Shown one piece after another: positions 13,830 to 26,712 of a stretch of DNA of 64,000 nucleotides. Positions within the stretch are counted from its first letter, which is position 1; every line of letters starts with the position of its first letter. Source of the DNA: Eledone cirrhosa (taxonomy: Eukaryota); NCBI GenBank assembly GCA_964016885.1, contig OZ024741.1, forward strand, positions 197,408,001-197,472,000. The letters are read 5' to 3'. Under the pieces are notes generated by a model, which worked only from the letters and a program-made list of their open reading frames with translations, searched no databases and was not told the DNA's origin. The position numbers were made by a program, and so were the translations under genes.

Positions 13830-15040
13830 GTTTTCTAACATTAGCACCAGGCCAGCAAATTTGGAGCACGGGCAAGTTCATTAAATCAACCATAGTACTT
13901 AACTGGAATTTTATTTTATCGAGCTCAGAAGGATGAAATTATTATGTAGAATATACGGGCGGTGGATTTGGATCCAGAACGTAGAAATTCGTAACTAAAT
14001 GCCATAAAACATTTTGTCTGACGCTCTAAAGACTCCTCCAATCCATAGCCATCTTAATAGTTATTTTTAAGTTAGGCCCAAGACCTACAATTTTGGTGTG
14101 GAAGGGAAAGACGCTTAAATGATCCAAGTGCTTGATTGGTACTTTATTTTATCGACCTCGGAAGGGTGAAAGGCAAACTTGACTTCGGTGAGATTTGGAC
14201 TCAGAACATAGAAGTCGTAACTATATATGGCAGAGCATTTTGTCTGACGTTCTACAGTGGCTTGGCAGAATCATTAGTGTACCGGACAAGATGCTTTGCA
14301 GCATTTAGTTACGTCCCTTTACGTTCTGAGTTAAAATCTCACCGAGGTGAACTTTGCCTTTGCTAATCCACCACCCTATACCAAGCGAATAATAAAAAGA
14401 AGATGCATAGAAATATATAACCAAAATGAAAGGACTTAAACAGACAGAGAATACTAGGCACCGTGACAACTATATTTCAATATAAAAACACAAAAACAAA
14501 ACATTCTACGCAAAAAAGGTACTTCATGGAGCAGTGGAACTTGTAATATGGTGGATTAGCAGAGGGTCGGACGCCATGCTTTGACGTATAGAGTTACGGC
14601 CCTTGCCAATCTGAGTTCAAATCCCGCCGAAGTTAACTTTGCCTTTCATACTTACGGGGTCGATAAAATAAAGTACCAGTAATGTACTGGGTAATTGCTG
14701 GCCTTGTGCCAAAAGTAAAAACAATTATTACTTAAAGAAAGAAAAAATATTATCTTTTACAATTTAGCGTGGTGGCTTTGCAGAATCATTAATGTGTCGG
14801 ACAAGGTGCTTTGTAGCATTTAGTTACGTCCTTTAAGTTCTAATTTCAAATCCCACTGATCAGCTTTGCCTTTAATCCTTTCGGGACGATAAAATAAAGC
14901 ACCAGTAACAAACTAGGGTCGATGTTATAGCCCTTTACGCTCTAAGTTCAAATCCCACCGAGGTCAGCTTAGTTGTTCGGGGTCGATAAAATAAGATTCC
15001 AGTCATTAACTGAGTCGGGTGTAATCGATTTATCGATTTT
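13830..15040. mobile_element. cluster of at least 5 SINE copies/fragments in both orientations
   Basis: Repeated family core (ctgagttcaaatccc(g/a)ccgagg..actttgcc; gtcgataaaata..gtaccagt) at about 13830-14050(-), 14070-14255(-), 14255-14362(+), 14548-14728(+), 14768-15040(+). Confidence 0.8.
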
Positions 15041-15424
15041 CCATTCTGATCTTTGGTGCCATGATGAGTGATTTACAGGAAAGTGAAATCAACTTGAGGT
15101 TTTAGATAGGAACTATAACAAACTTATTTAAGGTAAGAGTTTTCCATCTTGTCCGCCGTGATTACAAGGCGGACTGACCCTTAACCTGCATTGATAGACT
15201 TGAAAACAGTTACACAAATGTTGTGTATCTAGTAATGTACATGATAATGCATGCATGGTCCCATAACCTTTAAGGGAGTCGTACCGGCACCGTATTGAAT
15301 ACGGCGTTTCTAGTGCAACTTTAAAAAAGATCTAGCGGAGCCCATCTCCTCTCGAGGTCTGCATACAGCAGATTTCTTTCAGAGAAGGATAGAGAGTGAG
15401 AGAATAGAAGTGAGAAAGAGATAT

Positions 15425-15590
15425 AAGAGGAAGTATAGACCCCTGTACTTGACTAGTACGTTTTTTTCGACCTCGAATGGATGAAGGCAAAGTTGACCTC
15501 AGCGAGCGGAATTTGAACTCAGAGAGCCGAAATGAATACAGCAAAGCATTCTATCTAATGCTCTAACGACTCTACCAATTTACCGCCGTC
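15425..15590 (-). mobile_element. diverged SINE
   Basis: gatgaaggcaaagttgacctc...ggaatttgaactcag...ctctaacgactctacc. Confidence 0.7.
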
Positions 15591-16110
15591 GTACTTGATA
15601 AAGGTCCTTACATAAAATTATATGCGAAGATTGCAACATGTGATGAAACTACCACCTTCAATCGTTAAAAGGATATGTTAATTTTTGGAGAAGAGAAATA
15701 TTAGTAAAAGTAAGCAGCTATTTTTATTGGAATAAGAATGGCTTAAAAAATAACTGTATAAATTCGTATGGCTTGAACAAAATACACTGAAGTATATATT
15801 AATGAAAGGTCACATATTAAAACCAAACGGGCCTGTTAAAGTAAGTTTTGTTTTCTATAGATCAATAATGCCATGTCTAATGAAATACGAATCGTCTGAT
15901 ACATTAATGTTTCCGAAGAGACACTCATTTGAAACCTCTAATGCTAACAAGGAAGATAAACAGTGGTAAACTGCAGATATAACACGTACAGGACGCTCGA
16001 ATTTATAGAAAAAACTAAAATAACATCCTAGAAAAACAAACGAAAAGACAAATATATTCGGGTACATTTTCCCACCAGTAACATGACCAGCAGCAGCAGT
16101 AGTAGTAGTG

Positions 16111-16145
<35 letters not shown>

Positions 16146-16656
16146 CTCAGATAAATATATTGATACAAAACATTTCGCTAATCTTGTTCACAAATCGTTA
16201 GTGAAAAGTTTAGTGAGACAAAATCCCTAGATCAATGCTCTAGTGGATAACTTTATTAATATTAAAAAGGTCACATTTCACTAAGTTATCTCATGTGTAG
16301 TACCATATAAAATATCATGTGGAATAGCAAACGAAAACGTTTTAACCAATATCTCTCCAATTCCCACGCTAACATAATTTGGCTAATATAAAATGCTATT
16401 GACACATATTGAAGTGAACAATGCATAACTACTTCATGAACCAGTCGGCAATCTCAAAACGTACCCATGTCTACAATCGTAAAGTTACGTCATTTTAGCT
16501 GGGATTTTCAAGAGTATATTATTCAGTGAATCCTTTTCTTTTGACAATGTAGGGTTTACAATATCCCATTAGAAATTTATTGGACCGTTTATAGTTTTAA
16601 TGTGGAGAAATATCGTTTCATTATGGAGAACATTTGATTTTATTATGTAGAATATA

Positions 16657-16856
16657 AGGGCGGTGGATTGACAGTGTCGGTAGAGCGTCTGACATGCTTT
16701 GTGGCATATAGTAACGTCCCTTTACGTTTTGAGTTCAAAGCCCACCATAGCTTTGCTTTTCATCCTTACGTGGGTCGATAAAATAAAGTACTGGGACCGA
16801 TTTAATCGACTTTTCGCTCCACAAAACTGTTGCCCTTGTGCCTAAATCAGAAACCG
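16657..16856 (+). mobile_element. SINE with 14-bp TSD
   Basis: TSD ttatgtagaatata at 16643-16656 and 16857-16870; tRNA-like head with B box gagttcaaagcc. Confidence 0.9.
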
Positions 16857-17364
16857 TTATGTAGAATATATCGTTTTAATATTTAGAATATATCTAAGAA
16901 AGATGGGAAGACTTCCGACATAACGATTTAAACTGGGAAAACGTGGATAGAAGCGCCTGCACGGAACCAAATCAATTATCTCTCGAATGCTGGGTGACAG
17001 TGTTAGCCATTACGCTAAGGGGTCTTTGACCATAGGAGATTTTAAGCTTGGAGCTAATCTTTTTTTTATAGTGATTGATTATTTTTATAGTCATTTGCTT
17101 TGGGACGACTACATTTCAAATTTCAAATTTCCTCAATGCTTCTTAAATCAACCGGACGGTTACACTTGTAGCTACAGGCATAACATCTCAAATATGGCAA
17201 AACAATGTCCGACGAGGGAAGCCTTAGAGTAATGGCTAGCGTACTCACCTGACACTGAGAAATGCATTATGTTTCTCGAGGGCGCCTCTATCATTTCCCC
17301 GTCTTAAGGGTACTTTACTTGATTTATAGTGACCCACTCTTTACATACATGCACACACGCATGT

Positions 17365-17418
<54 letters not shown>

Positions 17419-18221
17419 ATTTGTGAGTATGTGTTTAAGTGTTTAAAGGTAAACGGCGGAATTTAGTGGATAACTAAAAAAGTAATGACGTCACAAATAC
17501 CTTAAAACGAATATTTCACCCTATACGGAATGGTAGTAATGTTTTTCAACAGTTGGCAGCCATTTGCAAATGGAAGTTAATAATTTAGACTATGTCAAAT
17601 ATTACCAAGGGTTACTGAGAATAGAAGATTACAGAAGAATGCTGATAACATTTCAAATGCTGCAAATAAATAGAAAATAATAAAAATAACAAATTCCTGG
17701 AGCAAAGTGCTCGAGTATTCAAATGCATATTAAATTCACCACTTAAAAATATTATTACAAAATCCTCTTTTGGAAGTGTCGAATCATTTTGTTATTCCAT
17801 TTAATTTTAAAAATCTGTACTGCTTCAGGCTCATATCCTCATCATATTGCAAGACAAACAGATTTTCAATATAATTAATAAAATTGTGCGTGTAGAGCCA
17901 GAGCTCACTCTTTACGATATTGTAAAAAAATAATGCCAAATTCATAAACTATATAGTGAAGTAAATCCCAATGCAGCTTTTATGGAGAACAATAAATGCT
18001 CCAAAGGTTTTCTGACAACTTCAGAAATGTCACAACTGCTAATATAGAGGGATATTTTCGCTACACTCTACGTGACAAGCATGGGATTTGAGGAATCATT
18101 AAGTCGACAAATGAATTGTCGTCCATATAACAAACATCTCGCCTTAAACTGCCACACCAATACTGAAAGTTAGGGATATGTATCTCCGTCATTTCTGAGA
18201 ATGAGTGCTTTAGTTCTTTGA

Positions 18222-18496
18222 ACACCGGAACTGCCTGCTCGTGAAATTAACGTGTAAGTGGTTGAGCTTTCCACAGACACGTGTACTCATAATGTAGTTC
18301 TCAGTTAAATTCAGCATGACACAATGAGTGACAAGACTGGTTCCTTGAATTACAGGAACTCATTTTTACCAGTTGAGTGGACTGAAGCAACGGGAAATAA
18401 AGTGTCTTGCTCAAAGACACAATATGCGACCCGGTCTAGGAATTGAACTCATGATCATACGATATTGTCCCGAACCGTAACCAATAAGCCACGCGC
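18222..18496 (-). mobile_element. tRNA-derived SINE, second family
   Basis: Minus strand: gcgtggcttattggtta...gagttcaattcc...tgtgtctttgagcaagacactttatttc..gttgcttcagtccactcaactgg; head shared with the SINE at 45671. Confidence 0.75.
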
Positions 18497-19563
18497 ATTC
18501 AAGGACATATATCATAAACATCTTGATTAATTGGGAAAATAGATAGCAGAACATGTGAAAGGAGCTCCACCATAAAGTTTTGAAATGTGAATAGAGAACA
18601 TAGAATAAGTGTGAATAAGATGATGTACGAAGGAAGACAGTCATCGATACGATTACAGGCTACAATGAACGAAGTTTGATGAACCTTAATGAACTAATTA
18701 TTCAATATATTAATTAACCTAAAGTGAAAAACAACCAATGCGTGTGTTTTTGATTGGCAGTATGGCACTGTTTCAATATCACAACATACAATTTCAATTT
18801 CAATTGGAGAATCTTACAAAACAAATACAAAAATCCTACTGGGGGAAACGTCTTAAGTGATGTCTGTATACTGTGGATTCACAGATTGTTTTGAGATTTA
18901 AGAGCTAAGATTCACATTACAGAAGAAGACACCTGCACGATGGATTTTTATAGGAGTGTTGGAGATATGGATTTTTCTACATCAGTATTTTCACGGTAGA
19001 GACAGATCCTGTACCAAGATAACTTGTACATTTTTCTTCCAGCTGGAGTAGGCTGTCGAAAATCCTATCTGTCAGAAACCACCTTAAAGCTCCTTACACA
19101 GTTTGTTTTTCTCCCTGGGTGTATTTTCCTAGCTTTCACAAGACGACAAGGCAAGCACAGAGAGGGGGTAGGGATGAATAGAGAGGATCAGGGAAAGGGA
19201 GCGATCATATGGAGAGAGGGTGAGAGAGAAAGAAAGTGAGAGAGAATGTAAAATGGAAAGTGCAGCTGATTATTGAATATACTGATATAAACAGTTTAGC
19301 AAAAAATAACAGCACTTAAACACAGTTGAAAAATATAGACATATACGTATATATATATCTATATGTGAAAGTTAGTGTGGTTATACACAACGGTGCAATA
19401 TAAGCATAGAAAATGTGATAAAGATCTGTTTCATTGAAGAATTGAAGAACCTATGCTTTGCATGTAGTTAGCAGTAGCACTAACATAGCGTGATTCATAA
19501 TATAGGTGTATAAAAAGCATACACGATATGTTTATGTATGGTATATATATATATATATATATC

Positions 19564-19597
<34 letters not shown>

Positions 19598-19812
19598 AGT
19601 ATGTATACGTACATACATATATGTATACAGACGTACAGTAATATGTATATATATATATATATATATATACATGCACACATATATATATATGTACGTATGG
19701 ATTCACCGAACATTTATTATAATGCTCGGTGTGTTTGTAAACAAACATCCCGTATTAAGCCGTAGTGTCTAGCAACCATCCGTTGCTCGTTTGTTCAACA
19801 CTGACAAAGGAA

Positions 19813-19853
19813 CGCTGTACTAGTTTCAAGCTTATTAGCTATCGCCAGCAACA
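19813..19853 (-). ncRNA. antisense hammerhead copy with core variant CUGGCGA
   Basis: Minus strand: tgttg CTGGCGA t-agct-aata-agct-t GAAA CTAG TA cagcg. Confidence 0.6.
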
Positions 19854-19989
19854 TATACCTTCCTGCCAGATGATTGAACGTCTGAAAGTATATACTTTCC
19901 TTATGTATATTAATGGTTGAGCAGCCTAATTAATATGCATAAGGAAAGTATATACTTTCAGACGTTCAATCATCTGGCAGGAAGGTATA

Positions 19990-20030
19990 CGTTGCTGACG
20001 ATAGCTAATAGGTTTGAAACTAGTACAGCG
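19990..20030 (+). ncRNA. minimal type I hammerhead ribozyme
   Basis: cgttg CTGACGA t-agct-aata-ggtt-t GAAA CTAG TA cagcg: stem I cgttg/cagcg, intact core, palindromic stem III, predicted cut after 20025. Confidence 0.8.
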
Positions 20031-20298
20031 TTCCTTTGTCAGTGTTGAACAAACGAGCAACGATGGTTGCTAGACACTACGGCTTAATACGGGATGTTTG
20101 TTTACAAACACACCGAGCATTATAATAAATGTTCGGTGAATCCATACGTACATATATATATGTGTGCATGTATGTATATATATATATATACATACTACTG
20201 TACGTCTGTATACATATATGTATGTACGTATACATACTTATATTTAAGTAACAGCCGTACTAAGAGTGGGAAATGAAATTTCGTATCATTTTTTTACG

Positions 20299-20331
<33 letters not shown>

Positions 20332-21559
20332 TCACATATATATATATACACATTCACAGCGTGACATATATATTCATACAAAACCATATCATATATGTCT
20401 TCATATCCACGTCTATTACTTTGCATGTGGCTATTAAATAACTTGTTTTGCTAAACATATTATTTCCAAATTTACAAGAATTTGTAAACAAATACTTTGT
20501 TTCGTTTCAATTTGTAATTTTTACAATCATTTTCTACAAACTAAAAAAATATAGAAATTATTTTCTGAGCCGGGAGACATCAAGTCTGATTCTTCTTTTA
20601 CATTTTATACTAATTTAAAGTATAATTAAATATTAATTTTTTCACCGTCATTTACAGACTAAAATTCGATTAACTAAATGTTCATAGCTTTCCTACCACT
20701 CCCCCTTAATGGATTTTTCTTTGATCGAAAAATAAAAATACTAAAATTTGTTATAGTTTACTAAAAATGTGTTCTCTTTCTTTGACAGCATTTTTATAAT
20801 TTCAAGTTTACAGCATTTTAATGTCTTCTTTCCAGCTTTTAATTATTGATCTCATTGCTATTGTAAAGAGAGACAGATAGTGGTTATGTATGGAATTAAA
20901 ATAATAAAAAATATTAAAATCCCCCCCCCAAAAAAATACAAAACGCCGGGGAAAACAATGCACTAAAGAAAAAAATTAGAGGAATTCATAATGATTATTG
21001 ATTTAATATTTGAGAAGAGTTTTGAATCTAGAAAAATGAGTAATAATATGTCTTTTACTTAGTCTTAAAATTAGCAGCATTTTTGAAACATTCTCGGATT
21101 ATCAGATGTATTTTCTGCGTCTTTTGTTTTAGTTTAGAACTAAATTAGATGATGTCATTATCGAACAAGACTTTCGCAATGCAAAATTCGTGTAAAATTG
21201 CAAACTGTAAGAGAATTAATATAATAATATTTTCATTGGAATAAAACTTAGTATTAGAAACAATAGGTCAGCAGATAATAGAATATTTAATGCATAAACA
21301 CTAAACTAGAAATATGGTGAGTGTAAAATAATATATAATTTACTAACTATTATATGTTGGTCTATCCGGCAAATACGGGAAACAACTCCGGGCAATCCTC
21401 TGCCATTTACAGGCTTCCTCAACAAACGGAACCCTTTAAATTAGTAGTGAATACTTGAATAGTGAATTTTAGATAATGTACGTTACTGCTGGTTATTTAG
21501 GATTCCACATCAGGTTTAACATAAACTGAAGACATGGAGAAAGACTGGCTCTTCTCTCA

Positions 21560-22720
21560 TTTAATTGACCGAACTTTTTCGAAGAATATGTGCTGTCCCT
21601 AAAAGCACCGATATTGAGTTTTTGCAAGAGGTTGTAGAAATCTGTAGTATTGATTCCAAAGCACCAATCATCATGAGAATAATACCTATCCCTTTATTCT
21701 ACATCCTTGCTATGTACCCCTACACTCAGAGTAATTTCTTAACTTTTCATTTCACTTTTCCGCCAGATTGGTATCCATTGGGCAGGATACGTCAACTACG
21801 AAACCCTTATTTGCCATTTTATGAATTACTACCGTGTCAGCTTGTCTGTGTTTGATCTTCCACCCATTAGAATACTCATATCCCACAATATTTTAATACT
21901 TTCGTTTTCTATCACAAATTCTGGTTTGTCCTGGTATCATTTTTAACAACATCAATGTATTGCTTCTGGCACTTTATTCAATGCAGATTAGTACAAATCT
22001 TGTATGCCTCCTTTAGTATTCTTTTTGTACTAATGTAATTCAACAGCTGACAATACACAGCACATATTTCCACACGAATCCCACTCAATATACATTTGTT
22101 TGACACATCGATTTTGTAGATTCCTCTCTTTACTACACTGGTATTTAAAGCTTGAACTTGAGTTGCTAATTGTAAGTTTTCTGTTTTCTTTTTCAAATTT
22201 CCTTTTCATAGCCATATTTTTTGTTTTCTTTGTCTCTTTCAAACTGGTCATGTAGCGTTTTCCTTCTGAACACTTCTTGTTTTTCATTTCCTACTATTTT
22301 TATGTAATCTGCCTTGTTTTCAATACTATCTTTTGATAGAGATAGACCTTCTTCTCATGCTACGGCTTTCTACAATGTCTCATTACTATTTCCCAAGTAG
22401 TAGTAAAAGCTTCTTAGCTCTGATATGAAGCATTCCTCAACCCTAATAAGGACCCTTCCTTCATTTTTGTGTTCTAATGTACAACCATAAAACGTCTGAC
22501 TTTGGGTGCAGAGCATCACCTTTCACCAATAATTTTTTTCTCTGCCTACCCAATTCTTGGGTTTCTTCTTTCGTCCATGCCGCGCTATACCTGATAGCTG
22601 ATACTGTCCCTGCATTCATCGCCAAGAATACATCCTCATATTCAAGTTACTTTTCATCAACAAACTAACCTTTTTTCAGATGTATCTCTTTTGGTTTTCC
22701 TTTCATTTCCTTGCACAACA
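21560..22720 (-). pseudogene. old R4/Dong-like LINE 3' fragment
   Basis: KKKTENLQLATQVQALNT...IYK.DVSNKC aligns with LKKATEGMLMAAQEQALKT...IYKEEASPLC of the 1016-aa ORF; many stops. Confidence 0.7.
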
Positions 22721-22727
22721 TAGCATT

Positions 22728-23312
22728 CTATAGAGGACTGGGGATGGGAAAGTGCGACAGCGTTTTCGGAGAGGCTCTAGGCGTCGATAAAATCGAACTG
22801 ACCAGTCTCTTCCAGAGAATTTTCGGACCAGGGACTATGGACAACTTCCAGAATCCCTGACTTGGCAGTGCTACTGGAGGCACTGCCTGTTCGGAACAAA
22901 CTCTGCAAGGAACGGAAGTGCTCTCAGATGGACCTATCTGAGATGCGCGCAGAGCGAGCGACGAAACCGTTCTGCACGCACTCGTCCAGTGTCTGTGCAT
23001 TACTTGTTTGTAGAGTGTTGTCGAACAGCTATTATCGCAAGTAGGACGGATCCCGCTATCGACCGAATCCATCGTGAAAATCACCTCACCCCATTCTTTT
23101 GGCTGGGAAGGGCAGGCAGATTTTCTCTGTCTGGTGTCTGTAGCGAAGGAGGTTATGTGGTGGATGGGGCTGAAAATACAGAAGACAAACATTTTCCTCT
23201 TCGGCTAAGTCCTCATCAACATTTTTAAGTTATACTTGGAAAGAAAGGTGAGGGTGGAGAGGAAAGTGGTTCCCATCCAGAACATTTGTTAAAAGGTGGG
23301 TGAATGTAGGTG
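22728..23312 (+). pseudogene. Tx1-type ORF2 3' fragment
   Basis: ttctatagaggactg...atggacaacttccag...gacgaaaccgttctgcacgcactcgtccagtgt is homologous to the family A/B 3' region. Confidence 0.8.
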
Positions 23313-24129
23313 TGTGAATTACTGTATCATTAAAAGTAAGAACTGTAAATAACTGGCATGCCATTATCTAAACAAGCGCACCAAATTTACAACATGTGGG
23401 CTGTATATTGACTAAAACGAACATCACTCTCGTTCGAATTTGGCAGCCTCTGCACAAACAACAGATGCTCAACGCAGAAAGCGGTGTTTAGTGCTGGACA
23501 ATATACACGAACACAAGATCAAGATAATAAAAGAGTGTTTAAGGAAACACGTGAAAAGACTTAATACATCGCAAGTGCCGGGAAGGAAAAGAATTGAAAG
23601 CAAGAAGCATGTTGCCAGAAAAGAAACTTCATTGCAAGAAGAAATAGAATAAAAGAACAGAATGAATGGCAGCAGAACAGGACATTTATTAGCAGCAGAA
23701 ATAGATGAAAGAAGAATAGACAGAATGTCGAAATTAACCATATTGGGCACCAACATATCATGATGGACCAGCTATATGTTTAGATGTCAGATATATGAGT
23801 ACTTTAAAGGTGGTGTAGAGATTATTATAAAGTGTAATGTATGCTGTGTCACATGTAATGATAAGTTTACTTGTGTCTCTAGCTCAACATCAGTTGGTGT
23901 ACTTTATTGTCCTGGACAACTTGCATTAGAAACAGTTCAAACTAGACAAATTCAACTAATAGGGGGGTTTAAATTAACGCTTTCTTTATTCTGCCGGCTG
24001 GGACTACGAGGCAGCATGCACTTAAGGTTCTGCACGTCGGACAGCTTTCCCCTCTATTGTTCAGGCATATATCATTGTGGTAGCGACGGTGGTAGTCTGT
24101 GTTGTAGTTGTATTATTTGTATTATTGTT

Positions 24130-24338
24130 AGGGCGGTGGATGGGTAATATCGGTAGAGGGTCGGACGCCATGCTTTGCAGCATAGAGTTACGACCCTTTA
24201 CGGTCTGAGTTCAAATCCCGCCGAGGTTAACTTTGCCTTTCCTCCTGACGGGGTCGATAGAATAAAGCATCAGTAACGTACTGAGATCGATTTAATCGAC
24301 TTTCCCCCTCCCTCAAAATTGCTGGCCTTGTGCCTATT
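24130..24338 (+). mobile_element. SINE
   Basis: gggcggtggat...ctgagttcaaatcccgccgaggttaactttgcc...aaattgctggccttgtgcct. Confidence 0.85.
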
Positions 24339-24339
24339 T

Positions 24340-26492
24340 AAGAAAACATTATTTGTATTATTGTTACAACTATTAAATGGATTAAAAATTGTGATCCCCA
24401 CTTCAACAGAAAAAAAACACAAAAAAAACACACAAAAACAAAAAAACAAAAAAAAAAAAACAAGCAGGCGAGACATCTACACACTTAAATGCCATCCTAT
24501 TATGTTTTCAACAAAGGAATATATCAATAGAAAAGAGGGAGAGAAGTTAGCAAACAATAATACCACGAATTTATTCCTGCAACCCAAAGGATAAATAAAA
24601 GTTTCATGTTCGTCTATTACTGTTGCATCTTCTAGATGCCATAAATTTTGAAGATATGTAAACTGTAAATGGTGGAGTATTGAAAACATTCCAGGAAGCA
24701 ACAGATAAACAGAATTGACTCACTAAAAATAATGAGTGGATGAATTATCTAGAAAAAGCTGCATTAATATGTACATTTAACAAACCAAAAGATCCTATAA
24801 AACTTTATCAAGTATTAAAATGCATTAATTGAAGACCTTTATTGTATCTACTCAAGAGGGATTTCTGTTACAAAAGCCTCTTAGATTTAACATTGTTAAT
24901 GTATGGTCTTAGTTGTAGAATAGTAGGTTTAATTGATTCAAGTTTTCAAAAATGCAGGGGTCCGCAATCCTCCTTTGTTGCAAACGCCAGTGCCGGGAGG
25001 GAAAGTTCCATCAACACTGACACCAGCAGCTCCATCAACAGCAATAACACCAGTAAAACAACCACCACCACCACCAAAACCAACCCAGCGGGAAAACGAG
25101 CAAATCTCTCCCATTCCTCCTCCCCACAAAATATACACATGGACATATACACAAGCACACACACACACACAATCGCAGACACACGTACAGTCACAGACCT
25201 CTCGTCTTCCAGTAGTGAAGACGACGGAAAACACAAACACCCAAACAAAAAAAAAACACAACAAAAAAGAGAAGACACTCAAAGAAAAAACTCCACACAG
25301 CACAAAAACACCCACAATAGAAAATACAGACACGACCCACTCAACACTTCCCCATCAACACCGGCTCTTCAACTTCTTGTGGGGGAGACAGGTTCCGTTG
25401 CTGAGGCGGTCCATCTGCTGCCAGCACACTACGTGGCTATGCCGTGGCCAATGATGCACAAACTTGCGCTGAGGCTGCGGCATCTCCAGATATTCTGCCT
25501 AAACGGTGAACACGTGTGGTCACAGTTTGTCAGAGGGGTGTTTCCGCACCTCGTCTCTTTGACTGAGCTGCAGTCCTAGGTCAAGAAGAGACTGAAACTG
25601 GGCATCCGGCATCTGGAATGTTGCCAGGCACTGCTCTCTACCAAGCGGGCAATGCGATCAGTGGAACTTTCACTCTCGAGTTCTATAGAGGATTAGTGGT
25701 GGGCAAGTGTGACGCGCACTCGGAGAGGCCCTGGGTGTCGGCCAAGTCAATCCAGGAACTATGGACAACTTCCAGAAATTCCTCGCTTGTCAGTGCTACT
25801 GGGTGGCACAGCCAGTTCAAGATAAACCCTACACTATAAATACAGAAGTGCTGTCAGACGGACCTGCCCGAGATGCGCGCAGAGCGACGAAACCATTCTG
25901 CACGCATTCGTCCAGTGTTCGTGCTTTGCTGACTTGTGGAGTTATGTGGGACAGCTTTTGTCACTTGTAGAACGGATCCGGCTATCGGCCGAGTCCATAA
26001 TGAAGATCGACCCACCGTGTTCTTTTGGCCGGGAACGACAGGCAATTTTCCTCTGTCTTGTGGCGGTAGCGAAAGAGGTTGTGTAGTGGACCAGGTTGAA
26101 AGGACTGAGACAGACACTTTTCTCTCCGGCCAATCCCTCATCAACTTTTTCAAGTTTCACTTGGAAAAGAAGGTGAAGTTGGAGAGAGAGGTGCTACCGC
26201 CCCAGTACATTTGCTAAAAGGTGGGTGAATGTAACGAGGATGGCGCGTGTGAATGGGCGTATTCTGTAGGGTATTTAATATGAGGAGGAGAGGGGTGCCT
26301 TTCCCGGATGCCCTCAAAACGTCGAGTCAGGATTGGTGAGGTACCTGAGTGGACCCTGTGTGGTATGTCCCCCTATTGGGGAACTCTGATATTGATACTT
26401 TTTGTTAATTGTTATTGTTTATTTTGTTACTCGATTGTATGTATCCCGTCTTTGTATTGTCCTCTATGATCGGCCCTTATGGTCAATAAGAA
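24340..26492 (+). mobile_element. internally deleted Tx1-type element (5' leader/ORF1 start fused to ORF2 3' end)
   Basis: Inverted homologue of 8695-10752; junction near 25362 joins the T/N/K-rich ORF to RLFNFLWG; ends in (TTA)n. Confidence 0.8.
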
Positions 26493-26578
26493 ATTATTAT
26501 TATTATTATTATTAACTTTGCCTTTCATCCTTACGGGGTCGATAAAATAAAGTACCAGTAGTGTCAAAAGTGGAAACA

Positions 26579-26639
<61 letters not shown>

Positions 26640-26712
26640 CTTGAATCTCAGTCATTGATGTTGGTTAACTGGAAAGTCCGTTGGATTGAATATCAAGCCA
26701 CTACCTGCAGCC

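Larger units (their letters stand above)
19593..20243. mobile_element. fold-back palindrome (arms about 320 bp) in TA-rich sequence, with a hammerhead motif on each strand
   Basis: Arms are near-perfect reverse complements around about 19921. Confidence 0.9.
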
